Shown one piece after another: positions 56,821 to 64,000 of a stretch of DNA of 64,000 nucleotides (positions within the stretch are counted from its first letter, which is position 1; each line of letters begins with the position of its first letter). The stretch comes from Flectonema sp. DT1601 (lineage: Eukaryota), in NCBI GenBank assembly GCA_964019425.1, contig OZ025791.1, forward strand, positions 1,364,001 through 1,428,000, written 5' to 3'. Made by a program: the position numbers and the translations under genes. The notes below the pieces were generated by a model that worked only from the letters and a program-made list of their open reading frames with translations, searched no databases and was not told the origin of the DNA.

Positions 56821-59098
56821 TATTTAATTCGTCGGTTTCGTACTTTTCTTTTTTATTTTCTTCAATCGTGTTAAATGAAGAAGATGTGAATGTTTTTGTA
56901 AAGTTGCTATTTCTCTTCGCTGCCTCAGCTAAATTTGTTTCTATTGGGCAACCTGCGTCGCCTGCTGCCATTATATTTATTATTGACTAGCTTAGAAAAG
57001 GATATGAGCCACTCCGAAAAAATGAAATAAAAAATAATACAAAAGTCGAAATGGTTTTATCTTTTTTTAAAACTAAATTTCTGTTTCTGTGGTAGATACA
57101 CGCACCTGACAAAAGTCTTTGTTTGACTCCACGTGTCTTTATAAATACACGGGTGTTGACACGTTGTGGGTTGGTAATACTAATATAACAAAATATCTGC
57201 TGTAAAATGAATTTTCTGATTTCTACCAGTATGAGCAACGAAGGAAAGCTTCCTATTGTTTCTCATGAGGTTTGTTCATCATTGAAAGTGATTATTTAAG
57301 TATAAACCGTCAGCTACTTTCCTTCTTTTCGTTGTGCTTGAGTACATTACGTGTGTGTCAATCCACAATTGGTCACAATTGTGGCTGTGCTAGTACGAGC
57401 TGCAATTTTCTTATGCGGCTCACGAGCTTTTTTAAAAAAAAACCAGTTCTTTCACGGTTATTAGGTACTTGTCTGCTTTACGTAGTTTTCATATGTTCCA
57501 CACACATCGCTCTGAGTGAACAGCAGATAAAGTTAGTACGAGCTGTTCTTATCTTGCGGCTCACGAGCTCTCTGTTTTCGTTTTCTTTTTTGATCTTCAG
57601 GTTGGGTAGCAGCTGCCCCTCACGACGGGGATGGCTCGTCCAGAGACTCTGTTGACCATCACTATGTTGAAGTTTTCCTGAGCTTGAATGAATGGGAAAA
57701 AAAAACAACAATTTTTTAAAAAAAATAAATTTTTTTTTTTGAGAAAAGAGCATCGCGCCAGCGAAATTTATATTTTTTGTTTGCCGTGAACCAGACTCAA
57801 AACTGAAGAGAGATTTAAAAAAAAAAAAATGTCTCAAAATCTGTGTTCTCTCACCTTCCCTATTTCATACATTATTATTATTACTACCGATTTCCTTTTT
57901 CAATCAACCTTGTTTTCGTACATTTTACTTAAAAAAAAAAAAAAAGGCAGAATGCTAATACATTTATTTATTTAAATAATTGTAATGTAGCTCGCCTGAT
58001 ACAAGAACTTTAAAAAAAAAAAAAAAAAAAATGAACGCAACGAAAATCACAAGCTCGTTCATCTTTACCAGGTGATCAGTAGACTGCTTGTGATACTTAA
58101 GAAAAAAAGCAAACAACTCGTTTTAATCATTGTTATTGCTTACTATTGCTGAACGTGCATGTCTTACGAAATGCTTGTTCTTTTTTATTCATCGTGTCTG
58201 TTGGTCCTATTTTGCCTGTTGATTTTTTTTTAATATATATTTTATAAATTATTATACTATTTCTTTGACCGAAAACCTTTTTTTTTTTTTTTTTTTTTTT
58301 TTGAAATTGTGTTCCGGGTATTGACATAATCCTATACGAATGTCACGTCACCTCGAACGGGAAAATAATTTTTAGTTTTCTTTTCTTTCTCTTACTCTGA
58401 TCTGTGCCTTACAAGGTGGCTGACTAAAGACGCACACGATATTCTGGTTTGGAGATGATGTTTTGTTTGTGCACGCCGAGCAGTTCTGAAGATGAACGAG
58501 AACCGACAATCGGAAAAACAAAAAAACAAAAAAAAACTACTTTGTCCACTCTATTCGTGTTCTTAGTGAGAATTGAAGAAAAAAACAAAAAAAAAAAAAA
58601 AAAAAGAGAAAAGATGATTGTTTGCTTGGTTCCTTGTTTCGTCAGCTTGCAGCTTTGCAAAAGTCTGTCAGTTGCTGTCATAAGAGAATAAAAAAAATTA
58701 AAAATAAAAAAATCCCATCCCACATTTTCTTTAATACGAACAGAAAATTCTCGTTAGTTTGCGTAACAAGCAGTTGAGTAGGTCGGTGCACGTCCCTTCC
58801 CTCGTTTCTTCCCTGATATAGTTTTTATGTTTTTTTTCTCCTCCTCTTTTAATATTCAACAACTGTCGGTGAGGAATGGATGCCAATTCCTTTCTATCAG
58901 CTGTGGGAAAATTTGAATAAAAAAAAGTTTTAGTGACTAATTAAAAGCCTCAATGATATATTCCTTATACGTGTGTTGGCATTTTGTCACTTTTTTTTCC
59001 CTCTTTTTTTTTTTTTTTCGTGTTTGAAATCTTTTTTAAATCCTTATTTTTCTATTTTTCTTTTTAATTATTTTGTACTTAATCATCAGCCCAACTGT

Positions 59099-59130
<32 letters not shown>

Positions 59131-59138
<8 letters not shown>

Positions 59139-59491
59139 GTTGTAGCCCACTGCCTGTGACTTGAGCTCCCTGACTGTGGGTCCTCAATAATAGTTCAGTT
59201 TGAGGATGGCTCACACCTACGAATTACGTATCGTTTCCCCCTTGTGTTGGACATTGGGGATAAGCTCAGGATGCACTAGCGAGAATCAATCGTTATGAGT
59301 ACATTGCTGCTGGCGGTATTGGGGCCTTACCCTCCATAATTCCTTCTCGGGCTAAAAAACCAACAAAAATGACCGAGAGAATCGATCCCTTGTTATTCCA
59401 TGCTTTATCATTTGGTGACACGGTAAATGAAGTAACTGGAATCCGACAGGCCATTTCAGCTATTCTGGTGTATTTTGGGCCACTGCCCCCC
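59131..59491. mobile_element. Possible MITE with short imperfect TIRs inserted in a poly-A run
   Basis: Left GGGGGGTTGTAGCCCA versus reverse complement of right GGGGGGCAGTGGCCCA. A-runs on both sides; interior more GC-rich than the flanks. Confidence 0.4.
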
Positions 59492-60358
59492 AAAAAAAAA
59501 AATGTAAAAGCAGCTGGTTCTATGATACTTAGTTAGACATGGCTTAAATATGTGATGGGTCAAAAAAAAAAAGAAACAGAACACAACTGTCCCGTCAAAG
59601 GGATTGCCCTGCCTGCTTTCTATTGATCTGTTTTATTATTTTGTTATTCCTACTTTCTCCCCGAGTGTTATTTCTTTCGATCCTTCATTTCATTCTTTTC
59701 TCTTTCTAATAAGTACAAGCGATCGTACGACATTAGCCAAAGTGAGTTCTTATATCAAATGGGTTGAATTACCGTTGAATCCCTTACTTCGTCAGGTGAG
59801 AGTCTCCATGAGCTTTTTCTGGAGCTTGGCTTCGCTGACATCGGTATACCCTTTTCCCCTTCTTTCACTTTTAATACTAAAGTTGTTTTTATATTGTTAA
59901 AGTATCACCCCTCCTTATTTCACTTGGGAGAGCCAAAAAAAAAAAAAAAAAAAGAAGATTTTTCCAGAATAAGAGCAAAACTTGCTTTTTTTCCAATCCT
60001 CCATCCATCCCTGCTTTTTTGTTGTTGTTTTTGTTTGAGAAATATTGTAGAAAAGTAGGAAATAGGAAGCGGCTTATGGATATGTGTCCTCTCTGTTGGT
60101 GTGAGTTACTTCCTTAGAGTATTCTTGTACAACAGAATAGTATTATATCCGGAAGCTAGCTTATTCTAATTACTTACGATATAAATAAAGTATCACTTCC
60201 CCTGCTGTTGCTGTTTTCTTGTTTTCTATGTTCCGCTTATACCTTATGTAACCGTGGCAGAGGAAGAAACTTCTTCATGTGTTGTCTGTCTGCAAAGAGA
60301 AGAAGAGACTATGTTTGCCGCTGTTCGATTTGTTTGTGTTTGTGTATTTATAATCAAT

Positions 60359-60521
<163 letters not shown>

Positions 60522-60683
60522 TTTTTCTTTCCCCTCCTCGTTCCCCTTTTTTTATTTCTTCCTTCAGACGAGTCGATTGAATCTGTTTTTTATTATTATT
60601 ATGTTGAAGTAATTTCTGCTAACACAACTCTCATTGTTACTCTACAGGTATTCCTTTAAAGAGGGATCTACCAAAAAAACTAA

Positions 60684-63600
60684 ATGAACGAGTCAAATGG
60701 AAAAGCAAAACAGATATCCTTGTTGCTAATTGACCTCAGACAGAATGCTATTTCTGGAGAAGGACGAGGGGTTGTAGTTGCAGATACAGGTTTACTACTT
60801 GCTAGTATCGATGAAATAATACACAAAGTCGAAGGTGCAGACGAGTGGTCTGCTGTTGGAGATGTCTTATTCAACAGAACGGAAGGCATTTTTCGATTTG
60901 TTGATTTGGTCGTTAAAATAAAAACAGCATCACTCGCCTCAACAAGAGCTGATACTATGAGTACTACTGATGGAGGCTTAAAAAGTGCGATCGACTTGGT
61001 TACGTATTTCATATCAACTTCAAGATCAACTCAACATAATACCTACATCACTCTGCAGTGTGGTGAATTACTTAGAAGAACTACAGCAATACGAGGGATT
61101 AGTTTATTTCAAGAAGCATTGTTTGGACCACTCACTTACACAATTGAGAATTGTATTGACCTTTCGATATCTGCGGGTGATATCGGAGTAGTGGAGTTGT
61201 TGGATACGCTTCTTAAAATCACAACGCAATCATCATCTCGTAAAGCTTCGCTGTTCTCTCAGAGAGTCCGAAGATGTTCTCTTGCAACTTTAGGTTTGAT
61301 CACAAAAATATTTCCTGCTGAATGCTCATTGCGATCTCCAGACATAACAATTTCATTCAAACAAACCCTCGAACACATTGTGAAGTCAGAATCACCTGAA
61401 TTTACAGTCGCTGCTGGTCTGTTGGACGGAATTACCAATTTCTTACATAACTTTTCAAACACAGAAGATCACAACTGGATTGAAACTCTTTATAAATTTA
61501 TGATCAGAGGAATGGAGTTAATCGACCACACTCGTTATGATCTTCCGAAGGCAGCTCTTCGTCTTCTTAAGAATCACGCGAAGTTATTTAGAAAACTTTT
61601 ATTAAAAGACAGAATGATATTTGGATTACTCAGAGCATTAGTCTCTCACAGGAATGATTATCTCAGAAAAGCAGCTATTCCGGCAGTGGGTCCTTATGCT
61701 GGAACACTTGCTGTGGAAATCGTAAATAACAAAACATCTGATGAAAGGTCCAGACTGAGTATTTTCAAAAATGTTTACAGCAATGCATCAGAACTCACTA
61801 TTCAAGGTGGACAAGGTCATAAAGTATCACTTGGTGTACTTACTATGGGATATTTATCTCCAGCTGCTGTTTTCTTTAATGGATCAGAGGCTGGTCATAA
61901 CATCTTGTCGGTGTTGTTATCGAAGTTTATTAATATGTTTACATCAATAGACGATGAGTTAATTGGTGATTCAATCAGGTTGATTCCTTCTTATATTGAT
62001 GCGATTTCTGCTGCCGTCTCCAGCACGTCATCGACTCTTCCGTCTCTTTTAGAACAAAACCTCTCGGAATGTATTCGAATTGTTTGGATTCATTATCCAA
62101 GGCCTTATACTTTTACTTCAACTAGAGTGAAGATTCACACGACTCTCGTCAGACTGTTACTCGCAATCTATAACTCAACTGATGGATTACAAAGGATATT
62201 AAGAAGTGTAATGTTCAGTATTGTGTCGCTTACTATTTCAGGAACAGAATCGATTCCTGTCGAATACAACAAACTTTGGAATAGTATCTGTTCTATCTCA
62301 GCTGCTACGGTATGATCTCTTATAGTTTATTAGGATAATATTATGGTAAAGTAAAGTATTAATAATAAACAAAACAAATCAAAACAGGTTTGGGATTACC
62401 CTTGGGATAACATCCTCGGTTCTGTAAGTACTGGACACCATCTTCACATGACGAGTATTGTTGTTGATTCTGTTGCGACCACAGTAATGCAACTGGTCTC
62501 AAGACTTGATTTATCATTTCATAAAGACTCAACAGATGACGTCCCTTTGGCAAGAAATCCAAAAGACTTCACTCTGTTTCATAACGTTGTGGCGTTTTGG
62601 AATAAATTATTTGAAAAAGTACGAGACCCTGGGATCATAAACGATTGGTGTTTATCCTTAGCCGTAAAGTGGATAGAGTTAAGTGAAGTATATCCTCATG
62701 TTAGTGGGTTTTATTCTCTCTTGACAATCGTAGTACGCAAGGCAACAACCATCGAAGAAGAAGCTCCTGCGACTCAACCAGCAAACAATACCAACGATCC
62801 CGAATTTAATCAAATTATAAGAAAGTTCATTGCTGACACACTTAAGAATGTCGAAAGTAGGTTCAAAGGTGAGATTCTCATAGCCGGATGTAAATTTTTG
62901 TTGTCGCTACCAGTGCAGTTGGTTGAACTTCCTAAGATGAAAAGTACGTTAGAGATCTCATTAAACATTGGACTATCACTTCCAACAATAGCAAGGATAA
63001 CAATTGATACTTTAGAAAGATGGATAGAATCGAGTAATGCGGAGGAAGCTGCTAAGCTCGTTGCTCCTTCGATTCCAATTCTCCGCTCATTTGTAGCCAC
63101 TGCCCATGAAAAACTCCACACAGATGGAGGTGAGTCTTCTCACGACAATGAAGTTTCCATCCTTCGCGATCTACAAGTCCGTATAATCATAATCTTGGGA
63201 AAACTAGGACCACTACAACTGACATCTAAATCAGAAGAAAAAAAGCTCGACGACGGAATTGAACCTCCATGGGATGTCGTCAGCCGAGTTGAGATAAAAT
63301 TGCCTTTCGATGCGAACTACACGCTGGCTTTTGATAAATTATTACCCAGAATCTGTACTTTATCATTAACAAGTAATGACAGAAAGGCAAAGACTGCATC
63401 ATGTGAATTACTACATAGCATAATAATATGGATGGTTGGGACCAACGCTCACAGCTTAAAGACAACTTCAGCGACGCAGGATTCTCCGGTAGAGACGGCA
63501 ACACCTTTTCATAAAATATACAGCAAAGTGTTTCCAGTAGTTTGCCAACTGGCTGTTGACTCAGAACCCATCGCAAGTCAGATGTTCACAAAACTACTTC

Positions 63601-64000
63601 AACAGTTGGTGCATTGGTTAACAAAGAACGTTCATTTTGAAAGCAAAGAAACTATCGCCTTGTTAGACACGTTGATCGATGGAATATCATCTTCGAATGT
63701 CGGATTAAGAGACATCTGTGCTTCTAATTGTGGTGAGTTCGCAAAGTACAGCATCAAACATGGAAAGGGAACAGGTGCGAGAAACCTTCTAAGTTTAACG
63801 ACTCGTCTTCACAATCTTATGATTCATCCTAATTCTAGTACGAGATATGGTGCTGCTGTTGCTTGGAAATGTGTTCTTCCTGAACTGATGAATGATAAAA
63901 AGTTATCCTCAATCCATCTAATGCATGCAGTGTATACAGCAATGCTTTCATTATCAATGTTTGATGAGGGAGGTGTTGTAATTACTCATGTGATGCTACT
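60684..64000 (+). CDS. PRKDC: DNA-dependent protein kinase catalytic subunit, N-terminal HEAT region (exons 60684-62309 and 62388 to beyond the window end)
   Basis: Intron GTATGA..CAAAACAG at 62310-62387. Recognisable DNA-PKcs blocks in order: RYDLPKAALRLLKNHAKLF, NPKDFTLFHNVVAF, PHVSGFYSLLTIV, FKGEILIAGCKFLLSLP, DKLLPRICTLSLTSNDRKAKTASCELLHSIIIWMVG, FPVVCQLAVDSEPIASQMFTKLLQQLVHWLT. Confidence 0.9.

Overview
AT-rich eukaryotic (protist) DNA, most consistent with a euglenozoan such as a diplonemid (inference). All credible protein genes lie on the + strand, as in a polycistronic, trans-spliced cluster, and several carry GT-AG cis-introns. There are 16 host genes. They include a choline/ethanolamine kinase, a BMP-domain + pentameric ligand-gated channel fusion, a PH-domain repeat protein, ankyrin-C2, tandem PUB, RRM, SPT-mucin, Cache-HAMP-cyclase-like, trefoil-glycosyltransferase-like and transmembrane STE/MAP3K-like proteins, and the 5' part of DNA-PKcs. 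Two mobile elements stand out. (1) A 1451-bp non-autonomous Mutator-like element at 42124-43574, with 75-bp TIRs and a perfect 9-bp TSD, carries two different inward-facing tRNA-derived Pol III units and a deleted LSU rRNA fragment. (2) An APE-RT-RNaseH non-LTR retrotransposon (~50201-55280) has ORF1 and ORF2 in frame, joined by a UAG-CAA-UCA readthrough-type context and followed by a 2A-like NPGP peptide. Predicted cis-introns have A-rich acceptors and cluster near CDS 3' ends, whereas putative trans-splice acceptors are pyrimidine-rich. All calls are from reading the sequence; no database searches were run.
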